This document shows, one piece after another, positions 21,381-33,785 of a stretch of 64,000 nt of DNA. Under the pieces are notes generated by a model, which saw only the letters and a program-made list of their open reading frames with translations, ran no database searches and was not told the origin of the DNA. Source of the DNA: Leptospiraceae bacterium. GTDB lineage: Bacteria > Spirochaetota > Leptospiria > Leptospirales > Leptonemataceae. Each line of letters starts with the position of its first letter. Within the stretch, counting starts at the first letter, position 1. Location: contig JAVJNR010000004.1 in assembly GCA_040217195.1 (NCBI GenBank), positions 986,358 to 1,050,357 of the forward strand, read 5' to 3'. The position numbers and the translations under genes are program-made.

Positions 21381-22036
21381 TTTCAGTACAGAAAACTTAA
21401 AATTCCAGGAATGTATTTTGAGGTCCGCATTGATAATTTGCGAAACCACGGCACCATTGCAGTTGGTGTCTGATGCTGAATTCTAATTCCTGCTAAAAGG
21501 ATTACTGATTCCGGATTAGAACTTCCAATTAATATTATGGCTGTATGGCCTGTGCCCTATTTACTTTATTTTTTTTATTATACTCTGTTTTAATCTGTAC
21601 TGTTTACTGAAATCCTGGAGGTACGGGATGCTTTCACAATGGCATGGCTTTCATGGTTCAAGAAGGGAAACCGCCGAGCAGTTACAGAATGGCTTGCTGG
21701 GTGAAGAACCGGTGGATTTGCTTCTGGATGCACATCCAGATGAGAGTACCGGACAGGAAAATGTACGTATTGAAGTACCGGCAGAAAACACAACGCTGGT
21801 ATTACAGCAGTTCTGCAGTATGAGCGCCTCCGAAGTGGGCGCTGCCATTCGACTGCATCTAAACCAGGTTCGCAGAGGTAGATTGCAAAAACAGGACAGC
21901 AAAAAAAATGTAAGTTAACCGGGCCGGTTATCGGACCCGGAATTAACTGAATTGTATTCCCATTTGCTCGGAATTACTCCAGCCCGGAAATTTGAGCCAT
22001 TGCTACTGCCAGAACCCGCTGGCCCGGTATCACGCT

Positions 22037-24298
<2,262 letters not shown>

Positions 24299-24449
24299 TC
24301 AGGTCCCACCAGAGAACCGGCCTCGGTCGGCACGGTCAAGAATTATGGGTATGCGGCAGGATTCACCGAGAATGGAAGCGCCCAAAATTTTGCGGGACAC
24401 GGCCGCCGCTCTAATGGAAGGGGCCGAATCCCCGCTAATCTATTTTAGA

Positions 24450-24878
24450 CTATTCCTGCACTGCCAGGGTGTCGCAGAATTTATTCACGATGGCCGTCCA
24501 GCCCTCTCGGTGCCCGTCTCTGGCACCTTCCGTTGGCAGTCCGGAATGAATAAGTGTAATCTGAGTGCCCTGATCTATGGACTCAAACTCCACTCGTACC
24601 AGAGTATCGCTTGCATGAGGACTATTCCATGTAAATTCCAGCACTTCATGACGATCGATGGTTTTGTAAACCCCCCAATGAGGAACCGTTTTACCGTCCG
24701 GGGAAATCATATCTATTTTGAACTCACCGCCTACACTGGGATCGCATTGAACATCACTGTGTCCACCGGGTATAGGACAGAACCACCGAGCCATACTTGC
24801 AGCATCTAACCAGGCTTCGAATACGCGCTTCTTGTCCAGCTGGATGCTTTTGCTTACTACAACGTCGTTTTCATTCAT
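24450..24878 (-). CDS. SRPBCC (AHSA1-like) domain protein
   Basis: VFEAWLD..MARWF, VGGEF, LEFTW, HREGW; overlaps the ArsR stop by 4 bp. Confidence 0.9.
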   Translation of the reverse strand: MNENDVVVSKSIQLDKKRVFEAWLDAASMARWFCPIPGGHSDVQCDPSVGGEFKIDMISPDGKTVPHWGVYKTIDRHEVLEFTWNSPHASDTLVRVEFESIDQGTQITLIHSGLPTEGARDGHREGWTAIVNKFCDTLAVQE

Positions 24879-25360
24879 TGTTCTTTCCTCCTTTTTCTGG
24901 CGGTCTTTTTCGAGTTTCTAGAACTGTAGGCAGGCCCACGCTTCTTCGCCCGGGCTTCGGAGATTTTTTTACGTTCTGGTGGATGCCCGGATGCATCTCT
25001 GGAAGTCTCTTCAGGTGCCCTTTGTTTTGCACCGTCTTCCTGTAAGAGAAACTGCTCGAGAGAATCCAGACTTCTTTTCCAGAATGTAGAGTAGTATTGG
25101 AGTAGATCCATGGCTGGTTTAAGCTCATTGGGACGTGCACTGACAATCATCTGTCTGCCTTTCCGTGTACGATCCACAAGATGGGCTTCTTCCAGTACCA
25201 CCACATGCTTGGATACAGCAGCCAGAGACATCTGAAACGGCTCCGCCAATTCTCCTACAGTAACTGGACTGACCAGCACACGCTCCAGGATAGATCTCCG
25301 GGTTCCATCGGATAGAGCATGAAATATTTGGTCCAGGCCTGAACCTTGATTATCAACCAT
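24875..25360 (-). CDS. ArsR/SmtB family regulator
   Basis: FHALSDGTRRSIL, VGELAEPFQMSLAAVSKHVVVLE, RKGR. Confidence 0.92.
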   Translation of the reverse strand: MVDNQGSGLDQIFHALSDGTRRSILERVLVSPVTVGELAEPFQMSLAAVSKHVVVLEEAHLVDRTRKGRQMIVSARPNELKPAMDLLQYYSTFWKRSLDSLEQFLLQEDGAKQRAPEETSRDASGHPPERKKISEARAKKRGPAYSSRNSKKTARKRRKEQ

Positions 25361-25407
25361 ATGGTTGAGTATAAATAGTCTTCCCTATTAGTCAACTAAT
25401 TGGTTGA
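25353..25407. promoter_or_regulatory. Two palindromic ArsR operator candidates
   Basis: Perfect TCAACCATATGGTTGA (25353-25368) overlapping the ATG, and TCAACTAATTGGTTGA (25392-25407). Confidence 0.75.
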
Positions 25408-25539
25408 GTTACTGTTATCCGCCCTGCCAGACCGTGCAGGGAATAGTCCATCGATGTAGAAGGAAACCTTCCGTTGCAGCAGCCAAAACCGTGTCTACAG
25501 ACAATGGAGGAATCCGCGTAGGTTCAATTCTGGAGCTAT

Positions 25540-27297
25540 TTACTCAAAGTAGGGTTGGCCAGAAATCTGGGTACCGGAAACAAAGCTACCCAGCACTTTA
25601 ATACTTCGAATTTCAGAAATGGGTGTGCTCTTTGGATTTCTATCAAGAATTACCAGGTCTGCGTACTTTCCTGGCTCAATACTACCCAGAGAATCTTCCA
25701 TTCCCAGTTGCCAGGCCCCATCGATGGTCAATGCCTTTAGCGCTCTTTCTACCGTAATAGATTCAGATTCGCCCAGGACAGTTCCTTCCCGTGTCGTCCG
25801 GTCCACAGCAGTTTGGATCAGGGAAAGTGGCTCCGCTGGATACATGGGCTGATCTGCATGAAGCGTGAATCGAATACCGTTGGCGGCGGTACTTCGGGCA
25901 GGCAACATACTATCGGCCCGATCTCCGATAATATCCTGTTTTAGTGCAACGCCATAGTAATAAAGATGATTAATATGAAAACTGACCGTCACTCCTTCAA
26001 TTGAAAGTTCCGGCAGCAGTTCTGTAGGTAATAGCAAAGCATGTTCGATTCTATGCCTGTGATCGGACCTTGGACTTTCTTTTAAGACGCTCTCCAGAAC
26101 CTCCATCACATCCAGGCTGGACTGATCTCCCTGACTGTGAACCGCTATCTGCCAACCCTGGTCATGGAACTTTCGCACCTGGCTTTGAAACTCTTCTCTG
26201 GTCTGAACAGGAGACCCGGTGGTTCCAGGTTGCAAACCCAGTCCGTCCTGCATTAGTGAACTGTCTATGTAGGGTTCGCTCAAATACATTGATCCGGTGT
26301 ACGGCGAACCATCATACCATAACTTAATTCCTACGATCTGAAAGGATGGATCAGTTCGGTCTGGAGCAGCAGGCAGTTCGAAAGGACTGTTTGCCTTCAG
26401 ATATACGAAATTACGGACCGAAGGTTTTCTTTCTGGTAGGATGCCCAGGGCGCCCAGAATTCTGAGCAACAATCCCGGTTCCTCTGCAGAAAGCCATCGC
26501 ATAAGCATCAATGGTTTATCATCTTCGCCAAACAATCCGGCTGTGCCGATTGAAGTTATGCCGTTCGCGGCGTATCCATCCAGAACGCCCTGAAAGTTAT
26601 CTTTTATATCTATTGTAGGAAGGGCCGCTTTAACAAAAGGCTGCATGGCAGCCACTTCAGCAATGAAGCCGGTCAAATTTCCCTGATCATCCACTTCATA
26701 ATAGGAGCCTTTTTCCGGAGCCTCTGTGTCTGCGGTAATACCTAGCTCTTCGAAAGCCAGTGAATTGGCCCAGGCCGAATGCATGCTTTGTGCAAGTATG
26801 ACAACGGGATTATTTGGCGCGATGGCATCCAGTTCGGAGATATGAGGCTTTCTTAGACCGGCAACAAGAATTGGATCAAAGCCCTTGCAGTATATCCACT
26901 GGCCAGGTTTTGCTTCCGATACCGCTTTTCGCAGAGCATTCATTACAGACTCGGGGCTTGAATGACTAAAACCGCTAAGATCCACGAAGGTATGCAGATA
27001 AGCAGACAGTTCCGGATGCGTATGGGGGGCCACAAAACCTGGTAGAAGTGTGGCTCCTTTTAGATCAACTTTGCGAAAATCAGGACCTGCCTTCTCAAAA
27101 ACCTGTTCGGATGAACCCAGAAATTTAATTTTCCCATCCTGTACGAGAACGGCTTCTGGATTCTGCAATTGCCGGGATTCGGCCATGGTTATAATTGTTC
27201 CATTATAGAAAACTAGATCCGGAGCCGAATCAGAACCACAATAGGGCAGTACGCTAGAAATACAAAGAAGCACCAGAGTCAATGGCAGTCGAAGCAT
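25540..27297 (-). CDS. Amidohydrolase (Amidohydro_3/YtcJ-like), probably a lipoprotein
   Basis: DLKGATLLPGFVAPHTH, KLWYDGS, HSQGD, RIEH, GSIEPGKYADLVIL; signal peptide ending LPYC. Confidence 0.9.
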   Translation of the reverse strand: MLRLPLTLVLLCISSVLPYCGSDSAPDLVFYNGTIITMAESRQLQNPEAVLVQDGKIKFLGSSEQVFEKAGPDFRKVDLKGATLLPGFVAPHTHPELSAYLHTFVDLSGFSHSSPESVMNALRKAVSEAKPGQWIYCKGFDPILVAGLRKPHISELDAIAPNNPVVILAQSMHSAWANSLAFEELGITADTEAPEKGSYYEVDDQGNLTGFIAEVAAMQPFVKAALPTIDIKDNFQGVLDGYAANGITSIGTAGLFGEDDKPLMLMRWLSAEEPGLLLRILGALGILPERKPSVRNFVYLKANSPFELPAAPDRTDPSFQIVGIKLWYDGSPYTGSMYLSEPYIDSSLMQDGLGLQPGTTGSPVQTREEFQSQVRKFHDQGWQIAVHSQGDQSSLDVMEVLESVLKESPRSDHRHRIEHALLLPTELLPELSIEGVTVSFHINHLYYYGVALKQDIIGDRADSMLPARSTAANGIRFTLHADQPMYPAEPLSLIQTAVDRTTREGTVLGESESITVERALKALTIDGAWQLGMEDSLGSIEPGKYADLVILDRNPKSTPISEIRSIKVLGSFVSGTQISGQPYFE

Positions 27298-27386
27298 TCC
27301 AGGATAGAAAAGCCTGCATTAGACCGGTCAAGGGATATACTTGAATGCTTGCCAGAGAGATGGAAAAAGATGGGCCAATATCAGAT

Positions 27387-28043
27387 TTAGCTGACCCGGC
27401 GCAGAGCGAAAAAGAACGGTCTATCCATATGTTTAAAGTCCATGTAGCCCATCACAGTATTGTTATCCACTTTGCGAAATACGTCATGGATTGGCAATGC
27501 ATCGTAGCACATGGTTGCGGATACTTTTCCACGGAGTTCAGTCATGCGAAGCCTGGCTTTTGTCTTCTTTGTAGAAACCAGAAAGCGAAAGGAGCGAAAA
27601 AGATAGCGCATGAAAGGCTTTTTAAGCCATTGCTGGGTCAGAGTCAATCCCATGGGCATAAGTGCAGGATTCACAATAAAATGCTTTCCGCTACCGGTTT
27701 CGAATACTAGAGGATGCACGTTATCTTCGTCGATAAACTCTTTGCCATACCAGGAATAATTCTCCAGGAGTCCATCCATAGGATGATCGGTATTGATTCC
27801 GGATCCTTTCCATTTGCCCCACATTAGCTCCAACCCGGCCACGGGAAGTGCATCAAAAACGCGAAGAGCCTCTTTAGCCTCAGCTCTTTCATTTTCAATC
27901 ATTGAGATGGCTTCTGAGACCACTTTTCTACCGGGGGCTGCTTTGCTGGAAGCGCCCGGTTTTCGAACATTGCTGGAGTTGCGATTTTTCAGACGTGCCC
28001 CTGCACTACGAGTGGTGTTTCTGGATCCGGAACTTGTGGCCAT
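27387..28043 (-). CDS. GXWXG/DUF4334 domain protein
   Basis: GKWKG, HPMDGLL, WYGKEF, VHPL, SATMCYDALPIHDVFRKVD. Confidence 0.9.
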   Translation of the reverse strand: MATSSGSRNTTRSAGARLKNRNSSNVRKPGASSKAAPGRKVVSEAISMIENERAEAKEALRVFDALPVAGLELMWGKWKGSGINTDHPMDGLLENYSWYGKEFIDEDNVHPLVFETGSGKHFIVNPALMPMGLTLTQQWLKKPFMRYLFRSFRFLVSTKKTKARLRMTELRGKVSATMCYDALPIHDVFRKVDNNTVMGYMDFKHMDRPFFFALRRVS

Positions 28044-28215
28044 TCCATGAGTGGATGAAAGTTGACTCAGATGTCAACATCCTTTTACGAGCAGAAACTG
28101 GAATGTTGCCAGACGAAATGGCTCAACTGAGGACTGGACTCTGTTGCGCAATCCACACTGGGATGACCATTTGACTTGCACTTAGGCGCAGACTCTTTAA
28201 AGTCTGGAGCGAACC

Positions 28216-28713
28216 ATGATGAAGGATGCTCTACAGACAATCCTCACTCTGGCTGCGGTAGGTCTGGTAATATGGGCCTTCTTAAGCGCTGTGCTATGGA
28301 TAGGTGGTCTCTGGGACAGTGTAATCGACAATGCCTATGAAAACGAAATATATGTGGTATCTGAAATACCGGAGATTCCATCCACTGACATTCAGATTCA
28401 GTGGTTTCAGAAAGACGAAATCGTATGGCTCATGCGAAATGGTTTATATTCAAGGAACCTGCCCGAGAGAGACGGTATAAACCATTTTCGAGTATTTGTC
28501 CGGAATCGTCCCATCCATACTTTTCAGATTCGCCGAACCACGGCAACGCAAAAGATGCGATATGATTTTTTGCTTCGATCAGAGGGCCATACACTCATAG
28601 TTCAGGCCCGCTGGGAGCCATTCTTTTACAGCGATGATGCAGTCCGGTCAGCACCCTATTACGAGCGAGCGAAGTATCCACTTTCCGTTCTTTCCCGGCC
28701 TGCGAATCCTTGA
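28216..28713 (+). CDS. Hypothetical protein with N-terminal TM helix
   Basis: 165-aa ORF with GGAG RBS. Confidence 0.65.
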   Translation: MMKDALQTILTLAAVGLVIWAFLSAVLWIGGLWDSVIDNAYENEIYVVSEIPEIPSTDIQIQWFQKDEIVWLMRNGLYSRNLPERDGINHFRVFVRNRPIHTFQIRRTTATQKMRYDFLLRSEGHTLIVQARWEPFFYSDDAVRSAPYYERAKYPLSVLSRPANP

Positions 28714-28777
28714 AATACGGTAAATAGCTAACTATCCCAATTTCGGATAAGTATCCCAGGTTCAAAACAGAATTGTG

Positions 28778-28809
28778 CTGGAGTCTCCCCCCGGGAGAGA
28801 CTGTAGCCT
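28778..28809 (+). promoter_or_regulatory. MerR-type promoter with a dyad in a long spacer
   Basis: CTGGAG-20 bp-TAGCCT containing the dyad AGTCTCCCCC-C-GGGAGAGACT (9/10 arm match); a MerR gene follows in the same orientation. Confidence 0.65.
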
Positions 28810-28815
28810 GTATTC

Positions 28816-29223
28816 ATGAAAACAAGAAGACAACGATTCATATTTCATTTTCTACTTGGAGGGCTGGCAGTCTGGGCAGTGCCATTTTTGGTTTCACTTC
28901 CTTTCTTTAGCAAGACCGGTCAGCTACAAATAGACATATTCGCATTCAAGACTATAATGATTCTGGTGTCTTCTTTTGTGGGCCTGTGGATTCTGTCGGC
29001 GGTCTTACCAGCTATACAATCTGCCCAATACGGAATGCAAATAGGAGCCACCTGGATGGTTTTGAATTGGGCCCTGGATTATCTGATACTACTTCCATTA
29101 AACGATATGACCATCCAGGAATATTTATTCTCGACGGGCCTGCGATATCTTCATATTCCATTGTCCGGGTATTTTATGGGTGTGGCTATGATGCGACGCG
29201 GAGCCATTCTGTCGGATCAATAA
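28816..29223 (+). CDS. Hypothetical 4-TM membrane protein
   Basis: 135 aa, four hydrophobic segments; directly upstream of MerR. Confidence 0.75.
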   Translation: MKTRRQRFIFHFLLGGLAVWAVPFLVSLPFFSKTGQLQIDIFAFKTIMILVSSFVGLWILSAVLPAIQSAQYGMQIGATWMVLNWALDYLILLPLNDMTIQEYLFSTGLRYLHIPLSGYFMGVAMMRRGAILSDQ

Positions 29224-29264
29224 GAACAGAAATTCATAGACGGTGATACCTGAGGAGGTAGCCC

Positions 29265-30060
29265 ATGTATTCCATTGGACAATTCTCTTTGATGACGCGG
29301 CTTGCTGTACGGACTTTAAGGAAATACCATGAAAACGGATTGCTCATTCCAGATTATACAGATGAAGAAACCGGGTACAGGTACTATCGCGAACAATCTA
29401 TTGAACGAGCGCAAGTAATCACTGGATTACGAAGCCTGGATTTCTCATTGAAGGATATTCAATCAATCCTTCAGAACTGTAGCGAAGATGATGACATGCT
29501 GGACCATTTGTTGCGGCAAAAGGGCTCCGTCTCCAGCGAGCTCAAGAGAATACAGGACATTCAATCCGGCCTGGAACTGGTCATAAACCAGGTCCGCGAT
29601 CGACAGAGCATTCCGGGCAGCGCCGCAGTCCAGGTCAAAGAAATTCCAGCCATTTGGATTGCCGGCCTGGAAGGCAAAGGCAGCTGGTCCGAAATCGGGC
29701 AGTTGTATAAGTCTCTGGGTCGAACCGTGGGGCGCTACATTGGTGGTTCTCCCATGAGCCTGTGCATGGACGGGGGAATACAGGGACGAAGCGAATTATG
29801 AAGCGGCCTTTCCGCTGCGAAAGGAAGTACAGATCAAGAGTCTTTGCCGAAAGCTTCCGGGCATTCGCTGCGTTTCCGTAATCCATCAGGGTCCCTATTC
29901 TTCGATTGGAACAAGCTATGAACGGGGGTTTTCCTATATCAGTCAGCATTCTATGAACTGGCAAACACCCACGAGGGAGATTTATCATAAGGGGCCAGGA
30001 ATGATCTTTAAAGGCAACCCGGCAAAATACATTACCGAAATCCAGATTCCGGTTCATTAA
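29265..30060 (+). pseudogene. MerR family regulator with GyrI-like effector domain, frameshifted
   Basis: MerR HTH (YSIGQFS, RTLRKYH, TGYRYY). Removing one G from the G5 at 29772-29776 restores DGEYRDEANYEAAFP...HQGPY...PTREIYHKGPG...YITEIQIPVH*, 264 aa. Confidence 0.85.
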
Positions 30061-30289
30061 TCAAAGCGATCCAAATCCAACCGGTGGAGTTTTCACGATG
30101 CCGCTGGAAAATCTCTGGCTTATCTGCGAAACGTAATCTGCTTAAATTGATCTGGGTAAATGAATCAGGACTGAACATTAGTCCTGGGTCTTGAAAAATG
30201 CGGCGCTCCAATCCATGCATTGCCCTGGTTTCGGGTGCCCGAAGAGCCGCCGGCCACTCTCGCAGCCGACGGCCCGAGACAGAATCAGC

Positions 30290-31195
30290 TTATTGACCGG
30301 CCTTCATGTTCTTGGCCATCTTTAAGAAGTAGCCTTCAACGTCGAACCAGGCCTCTCCCAGGTACAATGTGTTGGCACATTGCAGATGATCCACACCGGT
30401 GGAATACCAGGGAGTATCGGGACCGCCCTTCCATTCGCCCCATTTCATGGAAGACAGAGGAACGAATCCATCATTCGCATACCCATGAACATCTCTGGAT
30501 TCCTTTCCTGTGAAATGATAGAGCAAACTACCCACGGGATGCTGAATCAAGTTCACACCGTTGATTACTGAACCGTAAGAGTAGTATCGCACTCCGGAGA
30601 CGTTTGGAGTATAAGTATTAAACACGGCCATACCATCTGTGGAAAGTGAATCGATCACTGCCTGAGCATCACCGTCATTTACTGCGTAAATCAAGTTTAC
30701 AAAGGTTTCAATGATTCCACTTACCGTTCCGTTGGCAATCAATGGAGCCAGTCCATCAGCCAGACCTGTTCCGCGATTCACCCCGTTAAGAGATGTTACG
30801 GAAACTACTTTTGAAGACAGACCCAGATTAGATACTGCATACCGGAGTCCCAGAGGGCCCTGGGAATGACCCAGAGTATGAACCTTGTCATAACCATTGG
30901 CAGCCATCCAGTATCGGATCTTTTCATTCAGAACTTCGCCGCGATGAGCATTGGAGCTCCCAGGAGGTTGCGCCGGTGCATATACATCTACACCTTCGGA
31001 TCGGAGATAATCATCCATTCCGCCCCAATAATTAATGATAGAGGTAAGCCCTGTGGACTCCTCTCCCCATCCCAGCAGGCCGTGAGCCAGCACTATAGGA
31101 TAGGTTCCTTCCAGAGGCTTTTGCTGACCGCCTCCAGCCCAGGCCGGACCGGCAAATGCCAGTAGCGCAGCCAAAATAATAATTCGCTTCAACAT
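30290..31195 (-). CDS. Secreted triacylglycerol lipase (alpha/beta hydrolase)
   Basis: Signal peptide MLKRIIILAALLAFAGPAWA; YPIVLAHG, GHSQG, NDGFV, DHL; GGAG RBS. Confidence 0.9.
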   Translation of the reverse strand: MLKRIIILAALLAFAGPAWAGGGQQKPLEGTYPIVLAHGLLGWGEESTGLTSIINYWGGMDDYLRSEGVDVYAPAQPPGSSNAHRGEVLNEKIRYWMAANGYDKVHTLGHSQGPLGLRYAVSNLGLSSKVVSVTSLNGVNRGTGLADGLAPLIANGTVSGIIETFVNLIYAVNDGDAQAVIDSLSTDGMAVFNTYTPNVSGVRYYSYGSVINGVNLIQHPVGSLLYHFTGKESRDVHGYANDGFVPLSSMKWGEWKGGPDTPWYSTGVDHLQCANTLYLGEAWFDVEGYFLKMAKNMKAGQ

Positions 31196-31300
31196 GGTAC
31201 TCTCCCTTTTTACCGGCTCGAGCTTATTCGCATCGCATTCGATATGCATACAGCAAGAACCAGTTCTATGCGAAGAGATTACACCAGATAGACTAAGAAA

Positions 31301-31324
31301 TCGACCTGGATACGGATCCTGGAC
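31301..31324 (-). promoter_or_regulatory. Candidate AraC-binding site GTCC-N14-GGTCGA
   Basis: Between AraC and lipase; TAATCT lies 19 bp downstream on the minus strand. Confidence 0.5.
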
Positions 31325-31543
31325 AAATTCAGGGGTCCAGAATCTAAATCTTTTACCTGGTATTGGCCTGGCGATGGAGTTCCAGGATCGCAAATCTATA
31401 ATTATCGTACGTTACAAACCATGAATCTAGAGAGATTAGCCTCCATGGATCAGTCTATACATTGATGTTCGCCCTAAAAGCGTAGATTCCTTATCACGAT
31501 TATCACAATGGAATTCGCTCAATGATTTCGGATCTTGCGAAGG

Positions 31544-32653
31544 CTAACTCTGGCCGGGCCTTTCCAGGTACTTTCTAGGAGACAGACCTTTGATTGCCTT
31601 AAAGGCCAGGTTGAAATTTGCCTTGGAATTGAAGCCCACCTGAAAGGCCACCGACAGTACATTTGCCTCTGGCTCTTCTCTTAGGATGCGAATCGCTTCT
31701 TCCACCCGAAAATGATTCACGTATCGGGCAAAATTCATCTTTAACTTTGTATTCAGAAACTCTGTAAGCTGATACGATTTCACATTTACCATTCCCGCCA
31801 GTATCTTCAGCGTCAAATCTTCGCTGGTAAAAACCTTCTGGTCTCGCATGAGCCAATCCAGAGATTTTTGAAGCTCCTTTAGATCCACTCCCTCAAGCCT
31901 GGAAACTTTGTAGAGCTCACCTTCTGGTTGAAAACGAGCTTCCTCCAGGACAAGCTCCAGATCTGCAAAAAGCTCCGGGGTCCGAGCCTTGAGAATGAAA
32001 TTCACCGGTAGAAAAAGAGACCCGGCAACTGAAACCGCAAAGTAGACAAGCTCCGAGCGCATGGTCAGTCCGGAAGCTGCAATAAAAGTTAGAACAGTAG
32101 AGCAAATGAGGATCAATACAAGGGTCCTGGCCGCCTTCTCCTTTCGAAGAGTATCTATAGAAAACAGTTCTGGCACACTGGCCGCTATGAAAATGCAATA
32201 CAATACAGCTGAATACAATCCGGCTACGTTTAGAATATCGATCCAACTCCATTGCCTGCCCTGAAAGAAGCTCAGCTGCGGATAGGCGAATTGCTCCGGC
32301 GATAAAAGCCAGACGAAGGGAAGAATCAGTAGAATTAGCAACCCCGGCGCAAAAGCCAGATAGCGAATAGGCCTGATTTTGAAATTCTCATTCAACGCAT
32401 CTAAAAATGAGAAGAAAATACATGGACCTATGAAATACACAAACGGTAGGTACAGGTGGTTTAAAAGAGTTAGATGAAAATACCTTTGCTGGAAATTCCA
32501 GTAAGCGAAGAAAAGGCAGAACGCAGCACTTAAGTATAAGAGGGCAAGCATTCGCGTAGCAACGGAAGGCCGCGGACTGAGCAAATAATAAAAAACCAGC
32601 ACACCGGAGAATAGAGTTCCAAACCATAGAGCTTCTGAAATTAGATCATGCAT
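31544..32653 (-). CDS. Membrane-embedded AraC family regulator
   Basis: TM region, then RLEGVDL...GFNSKANFNLAFK; close paralog of 5835-6914. Confidence 0.9.
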   Translation of the reverse strand: MHDLISEALWFGTLFSGVLVFYYLLSPRPSVATRMLALLYLSAAFCLFFAYWNFQQRYFHLTLLNHLYLPFVYFIGPCIFFSFLDALNENFKIRPIRYLAFAPGLLILLILPFVWLLSPEQFAYPQLSFFQGRQWSWIDILNVAGLYSAVLYCIFIAASVPELFSIDTLRKEKAARTLVLILICSTVLTFIAASGLTMRSELVYFAVSVAGSLFLPVNFILKARTPELFADLELVLEEARFQPEGELYKVSRLEGVDLKELQKSLDWLMRDQKVFTSEDLTLKILAGMVNVKSYQLTEFLNTKLKMNFARYVNHFRVEEAIRILREEPEANVLSVAFQVGFNSKANFNLAFKAIKGLSPRKYLERPGQS

Positions 32654-32748
32654 TCTATTCGCAAAGCCTCGGATTGCCGATCAGTAACCGACTCCAGGTT
32701 AGGAATTCCAGCCAGGGCTCATCAATGCAAGGCTAATTCGCAGTAAGC

Positions 32749-33600
32749 TTAACCGTGATCCGACTCAATGAATTCTACTATAAGGTCAGCCAGAATCTTA
32801 CCGGCAGTTTCATTCAAATGCAGACAATCCGTTACAAGAAAGAAGCCGTTGGATCTGGAAATGTTATTGTAATCTTTACCGAATAAATAATGTGCAGCCA
32901 CCGATTCTTCGATAAGAGTATGGGGTTCATCGCATTGATTTTCAGAGGTTGCCCGGCCTTCCAGGTATTCGCGAAGCATTTCATTGAGCGGCAAATACAC
33001 TACGCCCCTGGCATTGGAAATCTCCTTCAATGCCTGAGAGTATTTCTGGATCTTTGTATTCGCCTCAGAATCTAGATTCTCGCCAATGACTGGAAGAGAG
33101 ATTAGCGCTATGCGAGTATGACCATCCCTGGATTGAAATTCATCAACTATCTGATTTACATTTTCCCTGTACTGGGCCAAATTCGGCGTACCATGAATAC
33201 CCATGTTTTCCTGATAATTCTCCAGAAATTCCGGATGCAGAGTTGAATTAACATCATTGGTCCCTATTAGAATAGTGATTACATCTGCATTGCAATTCAG
33301 TAGCTCAGGCATTCTTCTGCGAACATTATGACTCAGATTGCTATTTATACCAGCATTGATCACTTCAAAATCGTCACCCAATCGCTTCTGAAGTAGGTCC
33401 GCATAGTTGAAGCTTACTGTTCCATGGGTGATACTATCACCTACGAGCAGGATACGCTTCTTCCCCTCCAGGCTTTTGCAGTTTGCGGGATTGTTCTCTG
33501 GCAATGCATGCACCTGTTCCAGAATCCAGATATGAGTCGCCAGATAGAGCAGACCCAGAGTAATAAGAATTACGGCAAAGTAGATAAGGAACTTTTTCAT
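32749..33600 (-). CDS. SGNH/GDSL family hydrolase
   Basis: GDSIT, NAGIN, IGTND, DCLH; N-terminal TM anchor. Confidence 0.92.
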   Translation of the reverse strand: MKKFLIYFAVILITLGLLYLATHIWILEQVHALPENNPANCKSLEGKKRILLVGDSITHGTVSFNYADLLQKRLGDDFEVINAGINSNLSHNVRRRMPELLNCNADVITILIGTNDVNSTLHPEFLENYQENMGIHGTPNLAQYRENVNQIVDEFQSRDGHTRIALISLPVIGENLDSEANTKIQKYSQALKEISNARGVVYLPLNEMLREYLEGRATSENQCDEPHTLIEESVAAHYLFGKDYNNISRSNGFFLVTDCLHLNETAGKILADLIVEFIESDHG

Positions 33601-33785
33601 CCGCTTAATACCAATGGATTAAAGTCACTTTGTCAGCCGAAAAAAGTTGAAAAAGGTTTCTTCATCGTCGGGCACAGCAATAGAAATCTGATCGAATGGA
33701 TGTGGATGCCCGGGCGGAATTGACAGAATCAGGTTTAATGACAGTCTGGGACAAATAATCTAAATCATATAGATGGATCGAATCG

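Noticed and set aside
21628..21918. 96-aa ORF downstream of the LysM gene
   Set aside because: Has a GGAGG upstream and could be real, but there is no recognisable motif; left uncalled.
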